A stretch of 64,000 bases of DNA from Peribolospora baueri (Eukaryota): NCBI GenBank assembly GCA_029717555.1, contig JAMDHS010000001.1, forward strand, positions 1-64,000, given 5' to 3'. The notes below the pieces were generated by a model that saw only the letters and a list, made by a program, of their open reading frames with translations, searched no databases and was not told the DNA's origin. Shown here piece after piece: positions 50,380 to 64,000 of this stretch. The translations under genes and the position numbers were made by a program. The stretch's first letter is position 1; every line of letters starts with the position of its first letter.

Positions 50380-53300
50380 TCAACGTCGCACGTAAGCTTC
50401 AAGGCCTTGCCGAATAGCGTCCTCCACTTCCCTGAGAACTTGCCGAGGCGTGTTGAGAGAAGACATAAAGTAGACGACTGTGGACGGTAGGTAGTACGGG
50501 TCGCTTTTTTCAGCACGCGTGCGAAACCGCAGCTCTTGGCCACTCCTTCGGAGCCACGACGTGTACTCACCGTTTCCGAGCGGGCGACAGTGCAGATTGA
50601 AAGGGACGCCGGTCGGCGACGCCGCGCCGTCAGGAGATTCGGCCTTGGAGAGGCTGGCGTGGCGGAGGTGGGAAAGGAGCGTGGTTGCCGCCGTGGATTG
50701 GTATCCTTGTCAGGGAGGGAGAGTTTAGGGGGAAGGGCATCGGGCGATTAGCTCGAGAGAGTTCCGCATTCCTTTCCATTCCTACCCCTAGCCTCGCTCA
50801 AGCGACCAAGGTTATGCCTCCAGTTCGTCGCGAATCGACTAGTCCGGGACTCACCAGCGCCTTCGACGTCCCTGAGGTAGAGCACCAACACGGTTCCGAG
50901 GGTCATCGACCCCTCGACGCTGGGATGCCTGGAGACCTCGTCGACAAAGTCTTTTTTCCACATGCTCCAAACTCGCTCCTCTTCCTGTCCGCCCTGGGAT
51001 CGCACAGCCGCGCCCTCGGCGACGCTTTCGGCGTGAACTCCCGAGGAGGGAACCGGCGAGGGGAGGGCCTGGGAAGGCGGAGGAGAAGTGGGAGACGAAG
51101 AAAGGCTCTGATTTGCGGCTCCGCGCGGCTCCAGAGCTCCCCAATCGACCTTTTCCTCGTCCCAGTAGCCGGAGGCGCGCATGGAAGAAAGGATGTCCAA
51201 CGTCTCGTTCGCGACGGACGAGGACACTGCGTTGAACGAAGAGAGACGTCGTGTCAATGGGGACTAAGCGTCACGTCAAGGCTGTCACATGCCCGTGGAG
51301 GCCAGCGAGCCGACGAGACGCAGAGACTCACGAGGACAGGCGGTATAACTGTGGCCATGGAGCAGCGCATGACTCTTCTTCTCGCCCATGAAGGTCTGGA
51401 ACACGCTGTCGCTGGCGAGCGTGATGCTCATCGGCACCAGGCCGCCGGTGAGGATCTTGGCGAGGACGCTGATGTCCGGAGTCGTTCGCAGGAGGCTCGT
51501 GGGCGTCAAGGGCCCGAGACGATGGAGGCCTGTGAAGACTCTTTTTTCGATCACGATTGATCGAGGGAAGGGTGAGAGAAGGAGCGAAGCGAAAGAAGAG
51601 GAGGTCATTTAATAAGGAAGGGCTTCGGCGACACTCACTCGTCGAAGATCACCGGCAACCCTCTCCACTCGGATCCCATCCGCGTGCGCTGGGGCACCTT
51701 CTCCTCCCCCGACAACGACGACGACGACACGGCGCCCTTTCCAGGACGGAGGGGAGGGTCGGGCAAGCAAAAGAGGTGCTCGTTCTCGCGGACCACGTCG
51801 ACGAGGATGCGTTGGAAGAGGGGATCGACAAAGATCATTCCGCCCGCGCCAACGCAGATGGGCTCGATGACGAGCGCGCCGAATCGTCTTCGCTCGACGT
51901 GAGTCAGACGCTCGATGACGGTGGTGAGATGCGTCCTGTAGACGCGCGCCAGCGGATCGGAGCGCAGTCGGGCCGGCACGTCGTACACGTCGGCCAAGCT
52001 GTCATAGCGCTTGGTGAAGCCGCGGCCGTCTTGGAACAGTTCACCGCCGTCGTCGCCACCGGCGACGGCGTCACGAGAAATCTTCACGTCCGTCCAGTCC
52101 CCCTCGCGCGCGGTCACGGTCGGCACGCCGTCTTGCACCTTGACGCTTGGCGGGTCGAGCCAGTACCCGCGACCTTTGTACCAGTCGACCTCTTGGTTGT
52201 ACACGTTCGGCTCCGCCGCGTCCATGCTCCCGATCGTGTCTCCGTGGTAGGCGCCCTTGAGGCCGAGGATGCCCCACTCGTCTCCGTCCGCCCACGTGCG
52301 GCCGCCCATGCCGCCGGGCCTCCTTCCCGGGGCAGCCCTGGTGGAGAAAGGAAGGCCGTAGCGTTGGGAGGAGGACTTGATGGCCATCTTCAGCGCCACC
52401 TCCATCCCCGTCGATCCGTCGTCGGAGAAAAACGCTCGGCTAGCCCATCCTTGCCCCACCCGCGCTGCCTGAGATCCTTGCCGGTGGACGAGTCGCTCAG
52501 CGAGCGTCAACGCCGGTTCGTTCGTCGCCGTAGGGAAGATGACGTGCCCGTAACGTCCCGCCGCCCTCGCAGCCGCGAGAATGAGACGCGGGTTGTGGTG
52601 GCCCAGACATTGAGTCCACCACGAGGCCGAGGCGTCGAAGAGGGGGTGGAGCAGAGATGGGACGAGCGGCGGAGGAGAAGCGGAGGCGGAGGTGGAGGCG
52701 GAGGGAGAGGTGGCGTCGGAGGAGCCTTCGGAGGGCGTGGGAGGCCGATATGTCTCCAAGAAATCGCCATACGCACTGTCGATCACGTCGACGTCTTGTT
52801 CGCGGGGGTAAAGGCCGCTACGAGATGGGATCGGCAGGTAAAAAGAATCCGTAGATGAGCGTCTGAACCAACTTTCGAGGGGACGAGGTAGCAAAAGGGA
52901 TAGAACGAAGAACGACATGGCTCACTGCTGGGTGAAGGGCCACCAGACGGTGTCGAGCGTGCGTCTGGCCATCGTACCGAGAGCGGCGAGCCTGTCTACG
53001 TGCCGTTTGCGGAGGTGGTTCACGACGTCGCTCATGGGCACGCCCTCGTCTTGTTCGCCTCCTTGCCACCGTCCGTCGAGGAGGCCTTGATAGTAGTCCT
53101 TCATTCTCATCCGATCCTCTTCCTCCGTCCCCTCCCGCTCCGGCGGGCCCCTTCCCACGCCCCAGCACGCTACTCCCCTGTCGGCAAAGTATCCGCGGAG
53201 GTAGTCGGAATTTCCATAGTACGCGGGGCGAGAGAAGAGGAGGACGGCGTCGACGTCGTATCCGCGCAGGAGGAGGGACTCGTACGCCGACACGGTCGTG

Positions 53301-54052
53301 CTGATGCCTCCCAAGTGGGGAGAGCCGATAAGGATGGTCGGCAGACGTAGCGGTCTGTAGACGTCGACTTGAGAGGCGCCACTGAGAGTGGGAGAGTGCA
53401 CCCCTCCGGCGGACTCGACGAACAGCGCGCCTCTCCGCCTGCCCTCCCCTACTGGCCCTCCTCGGGCGTCTGAAGAGGCGTTGGCCGTCTCGGACGCGGC
53501 CCAGCGTATGTGAGCGCCGACGGCCCTAACGAATTCCACGTCCGTAGGCGCCGTGGGAGCCTCTCCCCCCTCGGGCGACGCTTCGGCGGCCCGCTTGGCT
53601 AAGGAGGGGGCCAGGTGAGGGGAGACGGGATCGGGAAAGCGGTAGATGGTGCGAGCGTGAAGGTGAGCGTGAAGATGGGGAGGAAGGTGTCGCAAGAGGT
53701 GCCTGCGATCGAGCGAGCGAGGATGGTTAGGAGACGGTCAGTTTTCTCTTTGTCTCGTCAGCCATCGGGAGAGCCAGTCTGCTCCCCTCCTCTTCGCGCG
53801 AGAGCCTCACCCATGATCGGCGTCACCCAATGGACCAGTATTGACAGGCTTGAGGTAAAAAACCCTCTCGGGCGGCCCATCCCCCTCCCCTCTCCCCTTA
53901 GAAGCGTCTCCGTGTTGTCCGAAGTTTAGACGGTCTGGATAGGGCGTGGTAGCGCTGGCACGGATGAGGGCGGTAGTGAGGATAGTCTTGCCGACGTCGG
54001 TCGATGCGCCGAATACCTGGAGGACACGAAGGTGGGGGTAGAGATGCGACAT
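50380..54052 (-). CDS. BIO3-BIO1: Bifunctional dethiobiotin synthetase / DAPA aminotransferase (BioD-BioA fusion)
   Basis: FGASTDVGKT, VESAGG, WWPFTQ, DASASWW, YHGDT, IFDE, PDISVLAKILTGG, HGHSYTA and terminal RPLGNVVYFMSSLN. Confidence 0.92.
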
Positions 54053-54721
54053 GCTTGGGAGGAGCACCGTCCTCGTTGACAAGTCGCCGGCCGGCCTTTT
54101 GAGCCAGACAACTGGCGGAGAACACGACGGAGACGAGGACTTGCAAGGACTTGGGACTTGAGGCCGGCTACGTTCGATTGGGAAGGATGAGAAGAACCGG
54201 CGCTCGGACCAACGCGGCGCCGGAAGGCCAAACGGAAGCTGCGGCACGCGACAGCGCGATCATCCGCTTCCGTTCTGCCCCCAAAACGAAGATTCTCTCT
54301 CGTAGGACGACCGTCCAGTCTAGGAAGGACGGGAGGCAAGGGCCGAGTGGGAGAGATCGATCGGAATTGATTCTCAAACGCCTTGTCTGACCGGTCCTAG
54401 GCACTCGTCCAACGTACAAGAGAAGCGGATATCGGAGAAGGAAAGCAAGAGAAGACGCCCGTTCAAGTCAATTCAAAGAGGAAGAAAGGAAAAGCGAAGA
54501 GTGGATGATTGGCCTCGAATCGCAGCAGCTGCTCCTTTGAGGGAACGATAAAAGTACAGGAGGCGGTCGAGATCGGCTTGAGCCGGCAAGATGAAATCTG
54601 CAGAAAGGGCGAGTCGAGTCGAGCGAGTCCAAGCCGAAACCAGTCCAAGTCGAAACGAAGAGCAGAGCGGAGGGTCGCGTGATCCAGCGGCGGGCGGGGC
54701 GAACGAGCGACGTGGGTGGTG

Positions 54722-54765
54722 CCCGTTATACGGTCAGAACGTTCCCGTTATACGGTCAGAACGTT
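54722..54765. repeat. 22-bp perfect tandem duplication
   Basis: CCCGTTATACGGTCAGAACGTT occurs twice. Confidence 0.95.
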
Positions 54766-54850
54766 CTCCTCGATCTGCGGTCGCCGATGCCGCGGGCAGC
54801 CCGGCCACTGCGACGTACCGACGCTCACCGGAAAGGCGAAGGCGGGCGAG

Positions 54851-54908
54851 CGCCGTTTCGGCTGTTTTCCCCGTCCTCGCTACGCTGGACGACGTCCGCG
54901 AGCCGGGC
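54851..54908 (-). repeat. 58-bp fragment of the 2-7.5 kb repeat family
   Basis: Reverse complement of 7084-7141 with one mismatch. Confidence 0.92.
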
Positions 54909-55031
54909 TGGAGGCTTAGATGGCTATTGATACAGAGGAAGAGCCCTACGGCGTCGTGCGTCGCCGCACAAGGGAGGGAAGCGATCAAGTGGAGGGAGCG
55001 GGACCGCGAACGGCACGACTCGGGCTCATGC

Positions 55032-55520
55032 TCATGAGGCGTTGGCACTCGCGCCTCGGTTGACGAATGATTTCCACTTGGACTCCTTCCGCTTGCTCTC
55101 TCCTTCGCCGTCCTGCGTCATCGCGGGGTTGCGGGCCGGGTCAGGGACGCGCGGGGCGGCGCCTCCGACGCCATACGTGCCGGAGAGGTCGGCGAGGGCG
55201 GCGGACCAGTCGCGTGACCTGGCAGGCGCAGGCGAGGCGGAGGAAGAGGAAGGAGAGTCGGGAGACGTGCGGGCATCGCGGGCCTTCATGCCGGCGGTGT
55301 CGTCACCGCGGAGGAGGGCGACGGCGTCGGGGAAGGAGCGGTCGGGGACGTCGTTGGTGGTGAAGTAGGCGTAGGACGAGCGGTCGTCCTTGCTGAGCGG
55401 GGAGCCGTCGCTTGTCTTGGCTTGGGGACTGGCGGCGGCGCGGTGGTGGGGGCCGTCTTCGTAGAGGGTGTGGTCCGAGTCGACGGTGTTGACGGTCTGG
55501 GAGCGATGGAGGTCGGACAT
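55032..55520 (-). CDS. Hypothetical low-complexity protein
   Basis: ACCACCATG start context, C-ending codon bias and an upstream TATAA at ~55657. No recognisable domain. Confidence 0.6.
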   Translation of the reverse strand: MSDLHRSQTVNTVDSDHTLYEDGPHHRAAASPQAKTSDGSPLSKDDRSSYAYFTTNDVPDRSFPDAVALLRGDDTAGMKARDARTSPDSPSSSSASPAPARSRDWSAALADLSGTYGVGGAAPRVPDPARNPAMTQDGEGESKRKESKWKSFVNRGASANAS

Positions 55521-56413
55521 GGTGGTGGCTTGTGCGGCGAGCTGGGGAGAGGAGGAATAGGAGCGGCGAGCCGACGGAAGCCGAGACGACGAGAAGCTGC
55601 TGTGTGGCACGGGGAGAAAGGAAGTCTGGGTGTGGCCGTCGTCAGCGAGACGTTCTTATAGCTTTGCCCCTTCGTCCCTTGTCCGTTCCTCCACGTCTCC
55701 GTCCGTGCGTCCATGTCATGTCATGGCTGACGACGACGTGGTGCGACGTGTCGGTGCATGATCCGTTCGCGCTGACACGGAGGTCGTGCATGCAAGTCCG
55801 CGGTGGTGCGTGTTGTGGGGTAGGAGATCAAGAAGCAAAAAAAGTAGGCCACCACGAATGAGTTAGTCAGCCGTCAGCTGCGCAGGCCCAGGCCCGCACG
55901 GTCGTCTGTCGTCTGTAAGTCGGTCGACGTGGAGTCAGTCACTCGAGTCAAGTCTCCTTCACTCCCTTGCGACGTTGGCTGGCTGCTGCGGAACGACGAC
56001 GCGAGGCTGACGTGTCCCGAGCGTGCTAGCTCGTCTAAGACGGGCCACCTCGGCGTCCCGAGTCACAGTGCATGCGTGCGAGTCAGGCCAGGCCGCTCTC
56101 GACTGAAGGCCCGACGTCCCTCTCGCAGATCATGGAGGCGACAGGGAGACGGGAAAGACGGACGAATGCACGGACGCATGGACGACTCGACGCAGAGTGA
56201 AATAATAATGACGCCAACTGCGGCTCGCGGGCGCGGCCGTCGGCGGTCATCCGCGGCGGAGCTCCGTTTCCTTCGTGCCCGCCTCCGCCTCCGGTACGGC
56301 CGAACGATCGGACGGCGAGCGAGCGGAACGTCCCTGTCTCCCGTTCCACCAACAACATCCAATTGCTCGTCGACCGACCGACCGAAGCAGAAAGAAAACA
56401 AAAGAAAACGAAA

Positions 56414-56956
56414 ATGGCCTCCAACGTCCCTCCTCCCACCGGCAAGTTCTTCCTCGTGGCCACCATCGAGGCCAAGGACGCCTCCAAGGCCGACAAGCTC
56501 CAGGCGCTCCTCGTCGACGTCCAGAAGACGGCCAACAGCGACGCCGAGCCCGGCACGCTCTTCTACAACGTCACCAGGAAGGTCGAGTCGGACGGCGTCA
56601 CGCTCAGCAACACCTTTTTGGTCATCGAGGTACGCCCACCCTCTCCCTTCTCCCTTCTCCACCGACGACGCCCTCCTCATCGCTCATCCCTCCCCCGCTT
56701 TCCCTTCGCAGCAATACGAGAACAGCGCCGCGCACGAGCACCACCGCACCACTCCCGCCTTCCAGCAGCTCTTCGCCAACGTCGCCGGGCTCTCTGTGCG
56801 TCTTCTTCCTTCCCTGCCTTGCCACCTCCCCTCTCTTTCTTCCCTCTGATCGAGTCGTCTGACCAGCCAATCCTTCCCTCCCTCTTCCTTCCTCCCCGCC
56901 GTCTTGCAACAACACAGAACGGCGCCGATATCGTCTTCTACCGCAGCGTCTTGTGA
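56414..56956 (+). CDS. ABM (antibiotic biosynthesis monooxygenase, dimeric alpha-beta barrel) domain protein
   Basis: ANSDAEPGTLFY...FLVIE|QYENSAAHEHHRTTPAFQ, with two introns. Confidence 0.8.
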   Translation: MASNVPPPTGKFFLVATIEAKDASKADKLQALLVDVQKTANSDAEPGTLFYNVTRKVESDGVTLSNTFLVIEVRPPSPFSLLHRRRPPHRSSLPRFPFAAIREQRRARAPPHHSRLPAALRQRRRALCASSSFPALPPPLSFFPLIESSDQPILPSLFLPPRRLATTQNGADIVFYRSVL

Positions 56957-57035
56957 CGTGCCCGATGGAAGGAAGAACGCAGGCGGCGGGCGCGGGAATC
57001 GGATAGGATCACGTGTCTATTTCGTCCGCCTAGGT

Positions 57036-57228
57036 CCCTACTTTTCTCGGTCTTGTACTTAGAAGAAGAGGAGGAACATGGTTTTCGGGCCGTCACGGCG
57101 TGGACAAAGGACGTGCTGGATAGCATGCCCCTACTTTCCTCGGTCCTGTACTTAGAAGAAGAAGAAGAACATGGTTCTCCGTACATCATCATCCCCAGTC
57201 GGCCGGACAGAAGGTGCTGGATAGCATG
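57036..57228. repeat. Degenerate ~95-bp tandem duplication
   Basis: CCCTACTTTYCTCGGTCYTGTACTTAGAAGAAGA..GAACATGGTT occurs at 57036 and 57129; GTGCTGGATAGCATG occurs at 57113 and 57214. Confidence 0.88.
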
Positions 57229-57285
57229 GATCGTCGACGTGCGCTCGAGACGCAATTAGGAAGAATTCAACGACCGCGTAGCGAG

Positions 57286-57351
57286 AATTTAAAATGTCAA
57301 GTTCAGCTGCATTTTAGTATAACACAGCATAATAGAGATAAAGAATTAATG
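57286..57351 (+). other. NUMT-like fragment of a LAGLIDADG homing endonuclease
   Basis: An AT-rich island translating to NLKCQVQLHFSITQHNRDKELM, the typical QVQL.F.ITQH.RD..LM motif of mitochondrial LAGLIDADG enzymes. Confidence 0.75.
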
Positions 57352-57603
57352 AGGACGACGTCGGACGTGCTCCCTCGGCTGCGGCCATCCTGCCTGCTTT
57401 GAATTAGGCGGTCTCCCATTGGCTAGATCTCCCCCTTGTCGCACGCCCTCGATGCTGCCGCAGTCGGTTGACGGGACGTCATGAGACTCGGGTACAAGAA
57501 GAGAAAGAAGGAACGACTCGGACGGTCGTTCGTCTCTCTTCCTATCCCCTCCACCCTCCTCCGCCACCACCGTATCCCGCCTCGACCGCTCGCCTCTTCG
57601 CCC

Positions 57604-59081
57604 ATGTCTCCTTCCTCTTCCTGCCCTTGCGGCGGCAAACGCTGCGCAGACTCCGACGGCCCCGGCCCCGGCGGCTGTGGCGGCGGTGGTGCCTGCCGGA
57701 ACGACGGCAACGCCTGCGACAGCCCCAACTGCTGCAAGAAAAAGTCGTCGTCGGCCGCCGTGGCCTTGCCGCCGCGCGACGCTTCCGTCGTGTCTAACGC
57801 CCGCTCGACCCCCGTCTGGACCGTCTCTCCCTCCTCCGACGCCGACGCCGACGCCGACGACACGCTTGCCGGCAAATGCGACCGCCACCAGAGACCTATG
57901 GGCCTTTGTTGCAAGGAGCTCAAAGGAGACGACGAAAGGCAACTCCTCGATCCCGACGTGGTCAGGGACGTGTACGTCGCTCTCTCTCTCCTCTTCCCGT
58001 TCCGTCGGTGCGTGTGTGAGTTAACACCGCGTTCCCTCCCTCCTCCCCTTCTCACTCCACGATCAGCATCATCGGTCTCTCCGACGGCCTCACCGTTCCC
58101 TTCGCCCTCACCGCCGGCCTGGCCGGCTTGGGTGACAGCAGGATCGTCTACATCGGCGGCCTCGCAGAGCTCATCTCTGGCGCGATCAGCATGGGCGTGG
58201 GGGGCTACCTCGCCAGCGAAGCCGAACGCGATCATTGTGAGTTTTTTTCTTCACAGTGGAATGCCGACGTGGCATAGGCTTTCGATTCACTATGCTCACC
58301 TCTCCCCTCTCCGCTCAGACCGCTACCTCCGTCGGACCACCCGAGAACGCGTCGCTCGTTCCTGCCACGGCGAGATGGAGCGCGAAGTGCACGAAGTGCT
58401 CGGAAAAGTAGGCGTCGACGAGTCGCTCTCCCGCCTCGTCGCCGAGTCTCTCCTCCGCGTAGAGGAGGAAATCGCCGTCCCCGCCGCTCAGGCGGCCGCT
58501 TTGGAGCACAAGCAGCGAACCTGGCTCCGACGGTTCGCCACCTGTTTCGCTCGTAAGCCCAAGACCTCTCCGTCTGCGGTGACGGGCGAGGAGGCGCAGA
58601 GTCTGAGGTGGGGAGAGGACGTCGGCTTGACCGCGTTCCTCCTTCAGTTTGGAGAGGGGATGGAGGAGGTCAGCGACGTACGCCTCTGGATCTCTGCTTT
58701 GACGATCGGCGCTGGGTGAGTGGCCTGGTGCGACTTGAGTTCGTCCTCGGTATCTGTCCTTCGTCGGCTCACCACCTGCCTCCCCTTTCTTTTCTTTCCC
58801 GTTCCCCGCCCGTCCGCCCGCCCGTCCGCGCATTCAGCTACTTCTTCGGCGGCCTGATCCCGCTGCTCCCGTACTTCTTCGTCAAGGACGCCATGACGGG
58901 CCTCCTCTACTCGTGCATCCTCACCGCCATCATCCTCCTCCTCTTCGGCGCCTTCAAGACGTACTACACCGGCGCGCGCACCGGCTTTGCCGGCTACCTC
59001 AAGGGCAGCTTTGGCATGCTCGGCGTCGGAGGCGCCGCGGCCGCTTGCTCGTACGCCATCGTCTACGCCGTCGAGACGTGA
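57604..59081 (+). CDS. CCC1: VIT1/Ccc1 vacuolar iron/manganese transporter with Cys-rich N-terminus
   Basis: DPDVVRD.IIGLSDGLTVPFALTAGL, AELISGAISMGVGGYLA and SYFFGGLIPLLPYFF. Confidence 0.9.
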
Positions 59082-59827
59082 CGACCTCCCTTCCTCCCTC
59101 GCTCGCTCTCTCTCTCTTATCCTTCTCACTTTTCCTTCGCCGCCCACCCGCGCTGGGCTTGTCATCATCGTCGTCGTCCCGTCCCTTCCCTTTCCGCCTA
59201 GGAAACGAGGCAAAAATAAAGCCGTTGTACCACTAATCTTTTTTCAACCGTAGAGTATAGTATAGTAGTACATACTTCGAAGACCGACACCGGCCGGACC
59301 GAGCGTCTCGCAGTCCAGTCCAGTCTATCTTATCTAGTCCTAGTACGCTACTAGTTACCAGGGCTCCCCTGCTCGTCATCATTCATTCTCAACGGACTCT
59401 TCGTCTCGCTCGCTCGAGTCTTTTTTTTTCCTCTACGGGCACCATCTGCCTGCCTGCCTGCTTGTCTGCTTGCCGAACTGTGTGTGCCCTGATCCGTTTT
59501 GGTCAACCCGCTTCGCTAAGCTCGGCCCTGAAACGAAACGAAACAAACACGAGTCGCCGTCGCCGACTGCTATGCCGCGCTCTGGAATGGAGGATGATTC
59601 ACGCGCCGGGCCGACGCTAAAAAGAGCGAAGGGAAAGACGGGGGGCCGGCGAGGCTTTTACTCCCCTTTGCCATTCCAAACGATCGATCGATTAGAGGTC
59701 GAATCCCCATCCCATCTCCACCGCGTTGAATCTTCTCCGCCGTCCGATCCGATCCTGACAAGATCCGTCAACCGGCGCCCAAACACCTCGCCCTTCTCCC
59801 TCCCTTTCCATCCCTCGCCCTCGCTGC

Positions 59828-61863
59828 TTAACTCAAGCTAGCGCCGACAAAGTTCTTGACAGTGCAAACGCCCTTCTCCGTCCTGATCAGGTGCACCTTC
59901 TTCTCCTCTCCCGTGTCTTCCACCCAAGCCGCCTCCTTGGCCTCCGTGGTGGTGAAACCGGGCTGGATGGTCTCGAAGACCTTCTTCTTCGGGTTCAGCT
60001 GCCCTTCGGCTTGCTTGTCTGGACGAGGGATCGATCGCGTGGACGTGAGCATCAAACCAAGTGTGGGCCCCACCGGCACACCCTTCCTTTCCGACAGACA
60101 GACAGAAAGACGGCGACTCACCCTCGAAGCCCTCAAAATAGACCCTGTCGCCTGGCTTGGACCCTGCGGGCGGATCGACAAACTCCACGCCGCCATCTTT
60201 TCCGTCGCGACTCGTTGCCTGAAAGAAAAATAACATGTGTCGCCAGTGAGCCCACCGGTGGGTAATCCGACTCGCTCAAGTGGAATGACGCGCACACCGC
60301 GCGTCGAGGAGACGGCGGGAAGGGAAGCCATACTCACGCAGAGGACCATTGCAAAGGACTTCACACCTCGCATCGATGCTGGCTTGAGGTTACACTGCGC
60401 GAGATGAAGGAGGACGTCAACGACAGCCTCGAACAACATCCGCACCCAATGCGCGAGCAAAAAGAGGACGTCTCCCGCTCCGCTCCGCTACCCACCACAG
60501 TGATGATGAGCCTGTCCTGTAGCTGATCCGGCGTCATGTACTTGACGAGACCCGACACAACGGTGCGCGGGCCGGTCTCTTCGCCGATGTCGATCGTCTC
60601 CACGTAGAGCGAGTCCGCGTCTGGGTGGCGTTTGACTGAGCGATGGAAATGGAGCCAGCAACGGGGGTACAAGGTCTCAGCGTCGAACGGCAGCGCAGGA
60701 GATGGAACGAACCTGCCCATGGCGCGATGAACTCACCACTAGTAATCAAGCCTACCCTCAAGTCGATCATGCTCGGCAACGGCACGAACGGCTCATTGGT
60801 CGCGCCATTCCCGCCCTTCCCTTCCTTCTCCTTGCCACCACCGCCCGCGCCACCGCCAGCTTTCTTCTCCTTCTTCTCCTTCTTCTTGCCCTGCTTGCCT
60901 TCATTCGGCGTTTCTGACGGGGTTTGTTTTCCGTCACCGCCATCGGCCGGCGCGGCCGGCGCGGAAGAGGCCGCAGCGCCGGACGCCGGGCCAGAAGGGG
61001 CGCCGGAAGCAGCGGCGGCGGCGGCAGCGGCAGCGGCAGCGGCCTTAGCCTGCTTCTCCTTCTTCTTAGCCTCTGCGGCCGCCGCGGGGTCCGCACGCGC
61101 GGTCTTGGGCATGGCGTCCAGGTTCAGTTCGATGGGCTTGAGCGGGCTCGGGGAAAGAGTGGGGGCGTGGGTAGAGACGGGAGGAGTGGATTGAAGGTGA
61201 AGGAGGTAGCGGGTGAGAGAGGGAACTTTGTAGAGGGTGGAGGCGGGAAGTCCGGCCTGGTGATGGAAGAAGGGTGAGGCGATGAGCACGGTGCTGAAGA
61301 CAACTAATGAGTCTGGTTCCCCTCACAGCGATGGGCTGAATGGCAGCAAAGAGAGCAACGTCGGCAGCGGTCAGATGGTTGGAGACGAGGAAAGTGCGAG
61401 ACTGCAGGTGGACGTCGAGCTCCTGTGCGCAAGAAGATGAACGAAGTGATTAAGCGTCCGAGCCTTCAAAGCGTTTGATCGCCTCGGCGGAGGAAGGCAT
61501 CTCATCACACCTTGAGCTCAGCCTCGTCCTTCGGCACATGGCCTTGTTGCACCTTCTCCAGCCAAGAGTCGATCTCCTTAGCCTCTTCAGGCGTACTTCC
61601 AAAGCCTTCGCTGGTCTTGCCAGCCGCGTCGGTCAAAGCGTGAGCGAAAGCGGGGAGCGAATCAGGAAGTTGGGACAAGCTGGACTGCGCAGGCAAGAAG
61701 AAAGAAAGGATGAGGTCAGTCTATCCTACGAGAAAGGGCGATAGGTCGAAAGTTGCGTGCGGTTCGAGCGCCCTAGATGGGTGAAAGAGGAGACGAGACG
61801 CACCTTGTCCGTGACAGAGTCGCCATAGATAGCAAGGAGAAGCACGCGAGCGACGTCGGCCAT
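59828..61863 (-). CDS. ARC1: Aminoacyl-tRNA synthetase cofactor Arc1 (GST-like domain plus tRNA-binding OB fold)
   Basis: N-terminal GST-C-like [24 protein letters not shown] and C-terminal [45 protein letters not shown] and LNPKKKVFE. Confidence 0.9.
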
Positions 61864-62023
61864 GGCGACAAGTTGAGAGGGTGGCGAGCCGGGACAAGGC
61901 GACTGAGGAGGAGGGACGATCGAATGAAGTGAGAAGCCATTCTAAACGGCGCTCTCGGCCAGACGACCTGGAGGGCGAGGGAAGAGGAACACGACTGCGG
62001 CACGACGAGCGGAACGGAGAGAG

Positions 62024-62033
62024 CCGCAGTCGG
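62024..62033. promoter_or_regulatory. Candidate Leu3-type CCG-N4-CGG site in the ARC1/LEU2 divergent promoter
   Basis: GAGCCG-CAGT-CGGCTC inverted repeat ~230 bp upstream of LEU2, with an ATCACGTGAT E-box palindrome at 62053-62062. Confidence 0.35.
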
Positions 62034-62263
62034 CTCCCAAACTCGGAAATGCATCACGTGATAAAGTAACCCTGGCCCGATGCGTTGTACGTGACTTTCC
62101 CGGACTTCCGAGCAACCGCGCACGAAGACGATCTATGACTCTTCTTCTCTACTCCCCACTAAGCCAGCGTCATTTCTGGACAACAGCGTTTGCTACCTTA
62201 GACGGTCTTGCCAAAACTTCGTATACCTTACCTTCCTCCCTACCTCTTATATCAGATTACTCC

Positions 62264-63931
<1,668 letters not shown>

Positions 63932-64000
63932 CGGAGTCTTTGTCTTACTCGAGGAGGAAGATATTTGCTGGCTCGCAAGACGGTGACTGTCATTGACGCG

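Noticed and set aside
49150..50740. Telomerase RNA
   Set aside because: No 1.5-repeat template such as TAACCCTAA is present, the P6.1-like hairpin loop does not match the consensus, and the TTAGGGGG at ~50725 lies in a BIO3-BIO1 intron.
50748..51257. Separate gene downstream of BIO3-BIO1
   Set aside because: It is an internal exon. Splicing continues to the BioA C-terminus RPLGNVVYF, which ends at 50380.

Overview
GC-rich, intron-dense fungal DNA, most likely a basidiomycete (Tremellomycetes-like yeast; this is inferred from gene content and intron style). The first ~9.5 kb is an accessory or repeat zone. It holds an intron-containing tRNA-Asn, an internally deleted PIF/Harbinger transposon relic (Myb/SANT and transposase fragments), and SET and SDR gene remnants. 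It also holds an unusual intronless ~1,120-codon gene with GIY-YIG-like, uracil-DNA-glycosylase-like and Cys/Zn motifs, whose 5' end recurs as a direct copy, an inverted copy and a 58-bp fragment 47 kb away. The rest is mostly core genes: Cdc15/SepH kinase, UBE2O-like E2, RAV1, a heparinase II/III-like lyase, Nup159-like, PA28, MSS116, PRS1, Swi5/Sae3, BIO3-BIO1, an ABM-domain protein, CCC1/VIT1, ARC1 and LEU2. A degenerate methyltransferase, a LAGLIDADG-derived NUMT-like insert and a ~1 kb structured non-coding gap lie among them. CDS coordinates span introns and were assembled by eye; domain calls are motif recognition, not database results.
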